A DNA stretch of 64,000 bases. Origin: a virus. The translations under genes and the position numbers were made by a program. The notes under the pieces were generated by a model that was not told the origin of the DNA, made no database searches, and saw only the letters and a program-made list of their open reading frames with translations. Location of the stretch: positions 64,001 through 128,000 of the IMG/VR virus record IMGVR_UViG_3300015371_000001. One strand, 5' to 3'. Numbering within the stretch: the stretch's first letter is position 1; every line of letters begins with the position of its first letter. Shown piece by piece: positions 9,001-16,700 of this stretch.

Positions 9001-10943
9001 CGCTCCCTGCTGAGAAGATGGCGTCGGCTGGAGACGACTGGCGGACCAACCCGGCGACTCAGATCCGGTGGGGTCTCGGGTATATCCACAACCGGTATGG
9101 CACACCGACGAGGGCGTGGGCGCACTCACAGGCGACTGGCTGGTATGCCAAGGGTGGTCGCGTACGCAACCGTGGCGTGGACGCGATGCTCACGCCAGGC
9201 GAGTTCGTGTTCAGCCGGAAGGCCACGAAGAAGATCGGTCGGCACCGGCTGGAGGATCTGAACGACGGTCGTATCCGCTTCCACGAGGGCGGCTACGTCA
9301 AGGGTCTGCACAAGGGCGCGAAGGGTAGCTCGGTCAAGGCGCTGGAGGCCCAGAGCTTCTGGCCCATCGACGGGCGTTGGGACGCTGGGCTTGACCAGTA
9401 TATGAAGCACCACACGCCTGGACCCTGGCCTCGGAAGTTCGGCCTGTCGGACCACATCAGGCATTTCTCCGGCACTAAGACGTTGAGCCGGTTGATCAAG
9501 TACCTCAAGGGCAAGAAGGTCAAGGTCACCGGCCAGCACTTCCACGGCGCTCGGTCGTTCGCTCAGGTGTCGAAGCACTCGAACCTGTCCAAGGAACTAC
9601 TCGCCCGGTTGTACCTGACCAACAAGAGCTACTTCGATCTCTTGGACGAGTCCAAGGCCGCTCGTTTCTTGCAGGGCGTACGCGGCTACGCCCATGCACA
9701 CGCTGGGTTGAAGCAGTTCAAGAACCTCAACAGCACCATCCCTGGCACTCACAAGTCGGTTCGTGAGGCGTCGCACCAGATCCGGGACTACCTCCGGTCG
9801 GCGCACACCACCAACGTGCCTCGCAGTGTCAAGGGCGGCGGCACCATCTGGGCAGCAGCGAAGGCTCTCGGTGTTCCGGCCACGTTCCTACACTTCGTCT
9901 GGGGAGCGGGCCAGAAGAAGCTCCGGCGTGAGTTGCCTGGCGACAAGCGCTCTGGTTTCGCGAAGTCCAACGCCGACTTCCTGAAGCAGGACAAGGCGTG
10001 GATCAAGGTCCTCCAGGGCAAGTTGGGTATCAAGCCAACGTCCGGCGTGTGGACCAAGACGATGGCGAAGCCGGTCAAGCACATGCTCGATCACGCCTTC
10101 AAGCGCAAGCACGGTCGATTTGACCCACGCCCGTGGGACCCGAAGTCGGCGACAGAGAACGCTCTGCAACAGCAGATCAAGGCGAACAAGAAGCAGGAGG
10201 AGTTCAACAACGCCATCAACATCATCGCCAGTTGGGGTCTGACTCACCTGCTGGAGCACCTGTTGGAGCTTGGTGTCGACGGCGGCTACAAGCTGGCCAT
10301 CGACGCCTCGAAGAACAAGAAGCTGGCTACCGAGCTAGACGGCCAGATTGCCCGTGGCGAGTTGCTGACGGCAGAGCAGATCGCCAACACCGCGCGCTTC
10401 ATCGCCGCCATCGTCAACCACCCGAACCCACAGCCGGGGTTGCGGGACATGGCCAACGCGCTTCAGCTTCCCGACTACGCGGTGTACCAGAACTACCTCG
10501 CTGGTCAAAAGACGATTGAGAAGAACGTTCCAGCCGGGAAGCTGGCCAAGCTCAAGAGCGACATCGCGCTGTTCGGTCAGGGTCTCTTTTACGCACGGCG
10601 TGGTGGTGTGGTGCCTCGGTACGCCAGGGGCGGCTCGGTACCGGGCAGCGGTTCAGGCGACACCGTCCCGGCGATGCTGGAGCCAGGCGAGTTCGTTCTG
10701 CGAAAGGACGCTGTCAAGCGCGTCGGCCTGGAGAACCTGTTCCGGATCAACGACCCACAGAAGTACGCGATGGGTGGCCTGGTCGGCAACGAAAAGCTCA
10801 AGACTTCTCGCACTCCCGGCTCCGGCAAGAACATCACCATCACGACCACGATCAACAACCCGGTCGGTGAGAACAGCGTTGCGAGCTTCAACCGGAACCT
10901 GCGCAACAAGGCAGCGATGGGCGTGTTTGGAGCGAAGAACTGA
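3087..10943 (+). CDS. tape measure protein with C-terminal peptidase-like, lytic transglycosylase and PG-binding-like domains
   Basis: 2618 aa, Ala-rich coiled coil with TM-like segments; GG.V.G.G..D.V.A.L..GE(F/Y)V motif x4; RESNWN..A.NPSSGAYGIPQSLP transglycosylase motif. Confidence 0.95.
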   Translation: MAVDAPGGDRLYKVIYQAIADYSKFFRETDKAKARLKEVGKAETQESQTATSANKEAEKSTTSRSDAVKELLKNIQDQNAATKKLSDADKDRSRSAQLAARMEDKLAGSREKVARANLGLLKATQQLQVAQKNYNDSLKTDDIDKHHAAILRLKDAELQLTTATRQVSSSTLQLNDDIKRVRGGGWGSFFKEMVGGFGSISAAAEDFHVVMEIFKEPVLILGIQAILAAVNSLAAGLLSLAGAVGPAVGALGTLPGAFVGLATVIGTFTAGLSGVGEALKALGAAHDSAAADAKADAQAQQQAADQVRAAQESLAAARRTLSETYISSAESIKSAEEQVAAAQQSEKDAQEALTQARKDAALALQDLRDQVEGLRLSEERAALSLREARRRYMEVLNDPNSTRLDIADAALAVREAEYSLEQARKDAKRSAQELREEEKKGVNQSDEVVSARQNLKDATTNLADAQQNLADTQRQSAQAIKDAQRGVKDAAHALTEALQAQQDATAGLSTSQEALKQAMKDLSPEARKFVRELYRMKPILVDIRQAAQKGLLPGLGEALEHLKPLIPTVKNALHDMGEVLGDLAVKGAKMVSSGPWRRDFNLILQDNLDLVEKSGTAFFQIADAFRRVAVEARPLTHWFGELIEQFGDYIAKSAKVNQKNGDMAAFFERTEEVLTTLGHILKNLGEIFLDVLGAGSEMGQGLLESFDKLTRKWADWTGSIEGQHAIEHWYEESRPLLIEILKLVRDLAAGLFEVGAHSDMTKFVHLIRTELLPAVLELAHHVTGDLGEALVHLATEFVHLFDVLAYSENQLFKALDVFTDFLRVINFLIDKVPLAKQAIGIFFTAVATLAALKLVGLLTGFSNLIRFTGQLGVQAGSTGALTRYTDGLILMKDKAVQSGKEVTAAYDTINKKAVALRGGAALLGGAIAALGTQFAGTQKGSLATSANVASQAVSGALLGFSATGGPWGAAIGAGAGLLAGLASAFLDSSDAADEASASVGDYTSTLNQMNGAVTQSTRDLAAQKLQARGTLDAADELGLSTQKLTDLVLSGGKAYDEYVAKLDNQINALDQQRDALENAAISSGEYNEKSREQQDALSKRIDLLNDVREGLTGERNDLKDSADALDQKREATEDDTNALKEQRDMLNSAKDAILDYNSALLDGRGNERAYQQAIDDARKSLKENGATLDSNTQAGRDNADALDNLAQTAKEYLNTLRTKDPDKFLAQLKESKRQLYETAVNFGMGEKAAHKYVNELLHIKPKVKTDLLFNAKDAISKVKNFSKWYNNLDKHKKLLVDVYLRRRDIATRVKIAANPEAFHAEGGYISGPGTGTSDSIPARLSDGEYVVNAKATQANLGLLERINSGRGKRYARGGRVQRFATGGMAQGWLQFFGLSANFGGLEAVARAAARSLSGAFNSVKIKSFLAEPMKKEIGKVNEILKRFKPQKSFETPIKDAIRGVKEAFKGFKIKDWVNRPLLEVAKDLRTFLKNTLSSFKDNVRDIKQALGDFKPNDWIAKSLDNMVDATDRAMDKMLDAFQRGTDKSEGEFDRFSTQLDRTWTQIERSFDQSQTQILNGFQRFATGLGNTWTKIQHEIGTPVAFVVNRIINAGLIGHLNKILKQLNQKQLNPSGELHFARGGHVPGTGNKDTVRARLMPGEFVLRKKVAQKIGRKPLESLNEHPSGAGEWFGHGGRPRRYAKGGLVNPHGRTYIDGEALTRLSAAMIHLGARIRHHPFHVMQGSWSTSVAASGSTHAGAGAADVSPYGLYDALAMRKVGWAAWPRSPSQGPWGYHMHQISRLDTGLSGAARSQLSEYNRGYDGLGARDPIKHPPLLPNLQELLGVSLKNLNLGAFTFIDYAQQLTDALEPLRDSMAEHTDGAPLGNLIAGAGGYVMDKAIDFIQKLQGKVQGTGFGPGGGQIGPGGVKAYAKSLFGRYHWAPSQFPPLNKLWIRESNWNYRATNPSSGAYGIPQSLPAEKMASAGDDWRTNPATQIRWGLGYIHNRYGTPTRAWAHSQATGWYAKGGRVRNRGVDAMLTPGEFVFSRKATKKIGRHRLEDLNDGRIRFHEGGYVKGLHKGAKGSSVKALEAQSFWPIDGRWDAGLDQYMKHHTPGPWPRKFGLSDHIRHFSGTKTLSRLIKYLKGKKVKVTGQHFHGARSFAQVSKHSNLSKELLARLYLTNKSYFDLLDESKAARFLQGVRGYAHAHAGLKQFKNLNSTIPGTHKSVREASHQIRDYLRSAHTTNVPRSVKGGGTIWAAAKALGVPATFLHFVWGAGQKKLRRELPGDKRSGFAKSNADFLKQDKAWIKVLQGKLGIKPTSGVWTKTMAKPVKHMLDHAFKRKHGRFDPRPWDPKSATENALQQQIKANKKQEEFNNAINIIASWGLTHLLEHLLELGVDGGYKLAIDASKNKKLATELDGQIARGELLTAEQIANTARFIAAIVNHPNPQPGLRDMANALQLPDYAVYQNYLAGQKTIEKNVPAGKLAKLKSDIALFGQGLFYARRGGVVPRYARGGSVPGSGSGDTVPAMLEPGEFVLRKDAVKRVGLENLFRINDPQKYAMGGLVGNEKLKTSRTPGSGKNITITTTINNPVGENSVASFNRNLRNKAAMGVFGAKN

Positions 10944-11821
10944 TGGCGACGATCAACAACAGCGGCTACACGGTGGACGGTACAACGTTGGACACCTACG
11001 CCTTCAACGTGGTGAACCGAGCCGCGTCTTGGATCACTGCGGCCCGTCGAGGCGAGGGGCTGGCGATGGCCGGTATCGACGGGGAGCTAGCTCCGTATGA
11101 CCCGCCGTACGAGCCGGGGATGATCAATTTCACGATGTGGGTCGTCGGAGCCAATGAGAACGGCACGTTCCCAGCCGACCGACGGGTACAGATCCGGACC
11201 AACATCTCCAAGCTGATGGCGCTGTTCACCAAGACGTATGGCCTGCTCACCGTGCAGCGCATCGATGCCGGTGTAGCCACCAAGCAGTGTCAGGCACGGT
11301 TGGTCGAGGCCATCGACTTCGAGTCACAGGCAGGCGGACAGCGGGCGGAGTTCGCTGTGTCGCTGTCCATCCCGCGTACGTTCTGGGAGGACATCAACCT
11401 GGTGTCGCAGTCTCAGACGTTCTCTGGTGCGTCCCCCCAGACCCGGTCGTACTCCAGCTTCGCCGGAGGCGAGGCGCACATCACCGATGCGAAGTACTCA
11501 CTGACCTCCAGCACCGGCATCACCAACCCCCGGATCACCGACGCCAGGGGACTCAACTGGATTCAGTACAACGGCACTGTCTCTGCCAGTGAAATCCTCA
11601 TCATCGACTGCGGTCTCAGCACCGTGAAGAAGGGGCCGAGCGCCAACCCCAGCGCGGCCACCAACGTGATGCAGAACGTCACCAGAGCCGGGTCGGCGTA
11701 CCTGTTCGCAATGCACACCGATAACACCGGGGCTGCTTCCCCACAACTCACTGTCAGTGGAACCGGTAGCCCTACGAGCACCGTGCAGATCGACGGTCGC
11801 CGTAAGTACCTGGTCGCATAA
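10943..11821 (+). CDS. distal tail protein (Dit)-like
   Basis: Immediately after TMP (TGATG overlap); 292 aa beta-rich, ends ..RRKYL. Confidence 0.75.
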   Translation: MATINNSGYTVDGTTLDTYAFNVVNRAASWITAARRGEGLAMAGIDGELAPYDPPYEPGMINFTMWVVGANENGTFPADRRVQIRTNISKLMALFTKTYGLLTVQRIDAGVATKQCQARLVEAIDFESQAGGQRAEFAVSLSIPRTFWEDINLVSQSQTFSGASPQTRSYSSFAGGEAHITDAKYSLTSSTGITNPRITDARGLNWIQYNGTVSASEILIIDCGLSTVKKGPSANPSAATNVMQNVTRAGSAYLFAMHTDNTGAASPQLTVSGTGSPTSTVQIDGRRKYLVA

Positions 11822-11833
11822 GGAAGGAAACTC

Positions 11834-12457
11834 ATGGCTCTGTGGTACCGCTCAGCACCGGGGAAGATGCTGAACAAGGAGATCGACTTCGACTCCGACA
11901 CGATCAAGGCGACGCTTCACACGTCGACCTACACTCCGAACCGGGCGACGCACGATTACGTCGATGACCTCACCAACGAGTTGGCCACCTCAGGCGGTTA
12001 CACCGCTGGAGGCGTGACGGCAGGCACCAAGACTGTGGTCACGACCGAGGCCAACTCGTGGGGCACGGTGCATACGACCTCCACCGTGTTCACCGTCGAC
12101 TACGTCGTACGCCCGAGCGTGGGCAACGGCTTCCTGTACCGCTGTGTGGTTGCCGGTACGTCGGCATCGTCGGCTCCGACCTGGCCTACAGTCATCGGCA
12201 CCACGGTGACTGACGGCACGGTGACGTGGGAGTGCGTGGGCCGAGCCATCTGCGTCATTGACTGCGCTGACTTCACCTGGAGTACGGCGACCTTCACCGG
12301 GGCGCGTTACTGCGTGATCTCCGACCGGCAGACCGGTGTCAACAGCACCTCTCCGCTCATCGGACTGATCGATTTCGGTACCGACAAGGCTGGTGGCGGC
12401 GGCAACTTCACAGTTCAGTTGGACGGTCAGGGACTACTTCAAACCTTCATCGCGTAG
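11834..12457 (+). CDS. minor tail/virion protein with inserted carbohydrate-binding-like module
   Basis: DFDSDTIK...GYTAGG...LIGLIDFG scaffold; LYRCVVAGTS...PTWPT..G.TVTDGTVTW insert. Confidence 0.7.
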   Translation: MALWYRSAPGKMLNKEIDFDSDTIKATLHTSTYTPNRATHDYVDDLTNELATSGGYTAGGVTAGTKTVVTTEANSWGTVHTTSTVFTVDYVVRPSVGNGFLYRCVVAGTSASSAPTWPTVIGTTVTDGTVTWECVGRAICVIDCADFTWSTATFTGARYCVISDRQTGVNSTSPLIGLIDFGTDKAGGGGNFTVQLDGQGLLQTFIA

Positions 12458-12467
12458 GAGGTTGGAG

Positions 12468-13718
12468 TTGTTCGAGGAGATCCGGATTCAGAAGCGTCAC
12501 ATCCTCAATCACGTTCCTGGCGCAGGCGACAACGAGGTTGGTCTGCCAAGCGTCGATGTGATTTGGGGCGAGACGCTTCGCCGTCAGTACGGCGTTGCGG
12601 CGCACGTCAACTTCCAGACGAGCGTCTATCAAAACGTGGGTGCTGGCGGTTGGATCGACATGCTCTCGGACATGAACGGCTACTACTTCCGTTCGCTGTA
12701 CTCACAGTCGCTCTCCAACAACCCGACAGCGATCAGCCGCGCTCGTACCAAGAACGTCAAGTGGCTGATGACGGTCGCAACCTCGGACTTCACCATGTCC
12801 GGCTCGGAGATCCGGCAGCGTATTCAGCACATTGCCGCCAACGCTGCCGATGTGTGCGTCGCTGTTGAGGGGATCAATGAGCCGAACAACACCAACGACG
12901 CTAATTGGGCAGACAAGACGGTGAGCGCACAGGCGGCGATCTTCGATGAGGTCACGTCCACTCCGGCGCTGTCACACGTCATCGTGATCGGTCCTTCGCT
13001 CCACGCCACGATCAACAGTGCGCAGCAGGACCACATCACGCTCGGCAACAAGGGCATTCAGAACTACTTCCACCAGGCTGGTCTGCACCGATACAGCGGG
13101 GCTCGCGCTCCTAACTACCTGATCGATGAGCGGCTGGGTTGGATCGCCACCTATTGGGACCACCCACCGGTCTGGGTGACCGAGACCGGGTACACCAATG
13201 CGGTCAATGAGTCGGTCGGTCAGACGCCGATCAACGAGGGAGGTTCGGACAAGTACGCGATCCGAAACGTCACGGAGTACTTGGCACGTCCAGCGGTTTC
13301 ACATGTCACTAGGTATGAGTTCCTGGACGATCCCAACCCGGCGAAGGACGACTCGGAATCCAACTTCGGCTTGGTTCGTACTGACGTTGTCGGCAACACC
13401 TCGGGCTGGACGTTCAAGCCGGAGTACAGCACGATGCAGGACTTCCTGGGGACTCTGAAGGACACTGCTGGGAGCTATGCGCCTCCTCCGATCCCGCTTC
13501 AGGTGACGGCTGGCGCGAATGAGATCGACTACATCGTCACCAAGACGACGACCGGCCACAACTTCTTGTGGGTGTGGCGTCCCGACACCACCGTGTGGAA
13601 CATCAGCACGCTGGCCAACATCTCTGTCCCGAGCATCCCGGTGACGTACACCACGCAGCTTGGCACCTTCCAGGTGAACGTCGCTGGAGCCGCCGTGAAG
13701 GTCGACTTGGGGTTCTGA
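12468..13718 (+). CDS. clan GH-A glycoside hydrolase (tail-associated)
   Basis: EGINEPN acid/base motif, PVWVTETGY nucleophile motif, E.NFGL; RBS AGGAGG before TTG 12468. Confidence 0.8.
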   Translation: MFEEIRIQKRHILNHVPGAGDNEVGLPSVDVIWGETLRRQYGVAAHVNFQTSVYQNVGAGGWIDMLSDMNGYYFRSLYSQSLSNNPTAISRARTKNVKWLMTVATSDFTMSGSEIRQRIQHIAANAADVCVAVEGINEPNNTNDANWADKTVSAQAAIFDEVTSTPALSHVIVIGPSLHATINSAQQDHITLGNKGIQNYFHQAGLHRYSGARAPNYLIDERLGWIATYWDHPPVWVTETGYTNAVNESVGQTPINEGGSDKYAIRNVTEYLARPAVSHVTRYEFLDDPNPAKDDSESNFGLVRTDVVGNTSGWTFKPEYSTMQDFLGTLKDTAGSYAPPPIPLQVTAGANEIDYIVTKTTTGHNFLWVWRPDTTVWNISTLANISVPSIPVTYTTQLGTFQVNVAGAAVKVDLGF

Positions 13719-13719
13719 C

Positions 13720-16700
13720 ATGGCCATCTCACTAGTAGGAGTCACCAACGCGCCAGGCGCGACGGCGGCGGTCACGACGTTCGCCACCAACGTTCCCGCA
13801 GGCGTGGCGAATGGCGATCTCCTGCTGTGGACGCTGGTCACCAACAGCATCAACCCCGCGACAGCGCAGGCTGGGTGGAGCACCTGGTCGACGGGGACGA
13901 CGACAGGTCTGAGCCAGACGACGTTCTGGCGGTACGCCTCCTCTGAGCCAGCGAGCTACACAGCCACGGGGCTGGGTTCTGGTCGTTGGGGTGGCGCGAT
14001 GGTGGCCTACCGAGGCGTCGACCAGACGACGCCTCAGGACATCAGCTTCCCTGCTTCGAACCAGGGCACGACGGCGACGACGTATCCACAGGTTTCACCG
14101 ATCACCTCGGGAGCCTGGATCGTTCCGATTGGCTCGATTGTTGGTCCGTCAGCCGTGGTTGATGTCACCTGGGTGGCAGGGAACGTCGATGTACTCGACA
14201 CCGACGCTGGATCGAACACCGGCTCGACCAACGAGTTCGTCTGCCACGGGCACGAGTTGTGGACCTCCGGCTCCTTTACGCCGACCGGTCCTACGACTGG
14301 CACCACGTCGACCCGGACTTTGGGTACGACGACGGTCATCCGGCCTAGCGTTGGGGCGAGCAACGCCGTCGATCACCCGACTAGTGCAACGTTCGGTGGT
14401 CCGGCTGAGGTTGTGCTGATCGAGACGATTGACATTGTCACCACCGCAGGGGCGACAGTCTCGGTTGGTAACCCGAGCCGTGAGATCGTGCAGGTCGTCT
14501 CCGCTGGCGACACCGTCGTCATTGACCGGCCAACTGCCTTCACTGTTGGAGAGGGAGCGACTGAGACAGTTTCGGCTCCGGTCATCCCGACGGTGTCGGT
14601 GATTGATACGCCAAACGGCGTTCTCATTGGAGGTCGTAGCTCTGGTGAGGCTGTTGATCAGGGCGTCACGATCACCCCAGCGCCAGGTACCGGTACCGGG
14701 CTGAACGTTGAGGTACGCCGATACCTCGATGATACGAATTGGGTCCTGATCGAGTCCTCCACTACTGAGCGCAAGGGCTACATCAGCGTTGAGGCATCGC
14801 TGTTGTACGACGAGCCGGGATTCATGAACCTGGTGGTCGACTCACAGTGCGCGGCAGAGCAGGGCTTGGCAGACCAGGTCGTGATCGGTATTGGCTTGAT
14901 CTACCCGCAGTCGGCCAGTCAAGAGTTCGCTCGGTACACCATCGAGTCCAGCCAGAAGGAGGTTCTGTTCGATGGCCGGGTGGCCTGGACCTTCAGTGGA
15001 CGGAGTTTCTTCGCTCGGCTAGAGGATGCCAAGGTCTACCCGAGCGCCTGGCCGAGCCCGATTCCCGCAGGGCACGGCTTCGTGAACGCCACGGCTGGCA
15101 CCCAGATGCGTACGCTCGGGGCTCGTGCGCAGGAGCGTGGCACGATCATCGATCTGGACTTCGAGACCTTCACAGGCGTCAAGACTTCAGACAACCAGGC
15201 GTGGGACAAGATCACCTCGGTCGAGTTCGGCAGTGGTCAGTCGTACCTCGAAGCGCTCCAGGACATGATCACCAAGGGTCTGTGCGAGGCAGAGATGGTG
15301 GGCAAGTCCCTCCGGCTCTACAACGCCGACTCGACGCTCTCGGTGCATCACAGCGACATCTTCTTCCAGAGCGGAGACAACCTCGCGCAGATGGACCGGG
15401 AGACCGACTCTCGGGATCTCGGCAACGTCATCCTCATCGAGGGCGACCAGGGAGCGGCGCAGGAGTACGTCGATACCGGGGCCGTCAACAACTTGGGTCG
15501 TCGACGTGAGCGCTACGTCAGTCACGGCGGCATCACCGACACCGGCACGCTGAGGGTGCTGGCACAGGCAGAGGCCGACCAGTACAAGCAGGTCCTCGAA
15601 GAAGTCAACATCGAGATCGCTGAGTTCGCGGACTACCCCCAGCCGTTCAAGGACTACAAGCCTGGCCATTGGGTGTGGCTCCAGCGCGACACCGGGTACC
15701 AGGAAGTCCGCGTCCGGCAGTTGTCGGTGTCGGCTTCGGGCGACAAGGTCAGTGCCGCTGTCACGCTGAACGACAAGATCGCCGAGCAGTTGCTTGTGCT
15801 CCAGCGCAAGATCGACGCGATCACGGGAGAGACGCAGTACGGCGCGATCTCCAACCCCGACAAGGCAGACACCTCGACCCCGAGCCCGCCGCTTGGGGTG
15901 ACGCTGACTTCGTCGGCCTACACCTTGCCGTCCGGTACGACCAATGCGCAGATCACCGTGCAGTGGCTCGCGCCGGTCACCAACATCGATACGACGACGT
16001 TGGACGACCTGGGTGGCTTCGACATTCAGTACAAGCTGGGCACTGAAGCCTGGACCCCGATGGGCGAGGTTGACTCAGCTACGTTGTCGGCGTACGCCAG
16101 CGGCCTGCCGACGGGGAAGCAGGTGCAGGCTCGGGTCCGGGCCAAGGACACGAGCATTCACGTCTCGGACTGGACGTTCTCGAACACCACGACGACGGCA
16201 GGGGACGGAGATCCCCCTGACCAGCCATCGACTCCGGTGGTCTCCTCGGCTCCGTTGGCGCTGCGGGTCGATTGGGATGGGCTGTCGGCGACCGGTGGCT
16301 CGATGCCGAACGACGTGTATCAGGTGTGGGTCTGCGCTTCCAAGACATCTGGGTTCATTCCGAGCGCAGCCAACCGTCAGCAGATCATGGGCAAGGGTCA
16401 GCAGACGGTCTACCTGATTGACCTGGAGTACGGCGCGACGTACTACGTCCGGCTGGTCGCGATTGACTTCATGGGCAACACCTCGCCTCCCTCGAACGAG
16501 GGCAGCGCTGTCATGCCACAGATCCACACCGAGGATGTGGCCGACGGGCTGATCACTGAGTTGAAGCTGGCGCAGAATGCCGTCACGACCGACAAGATCT
16601 TCCCGGAGGCTGTGACCACCGAGAAGTTGGTGGTCGGTGCCTTCGCTCCGACGGCGATCCCCAACGCCGGGTTTGAGGATGCGAAGTCAGGCAACCCGAC

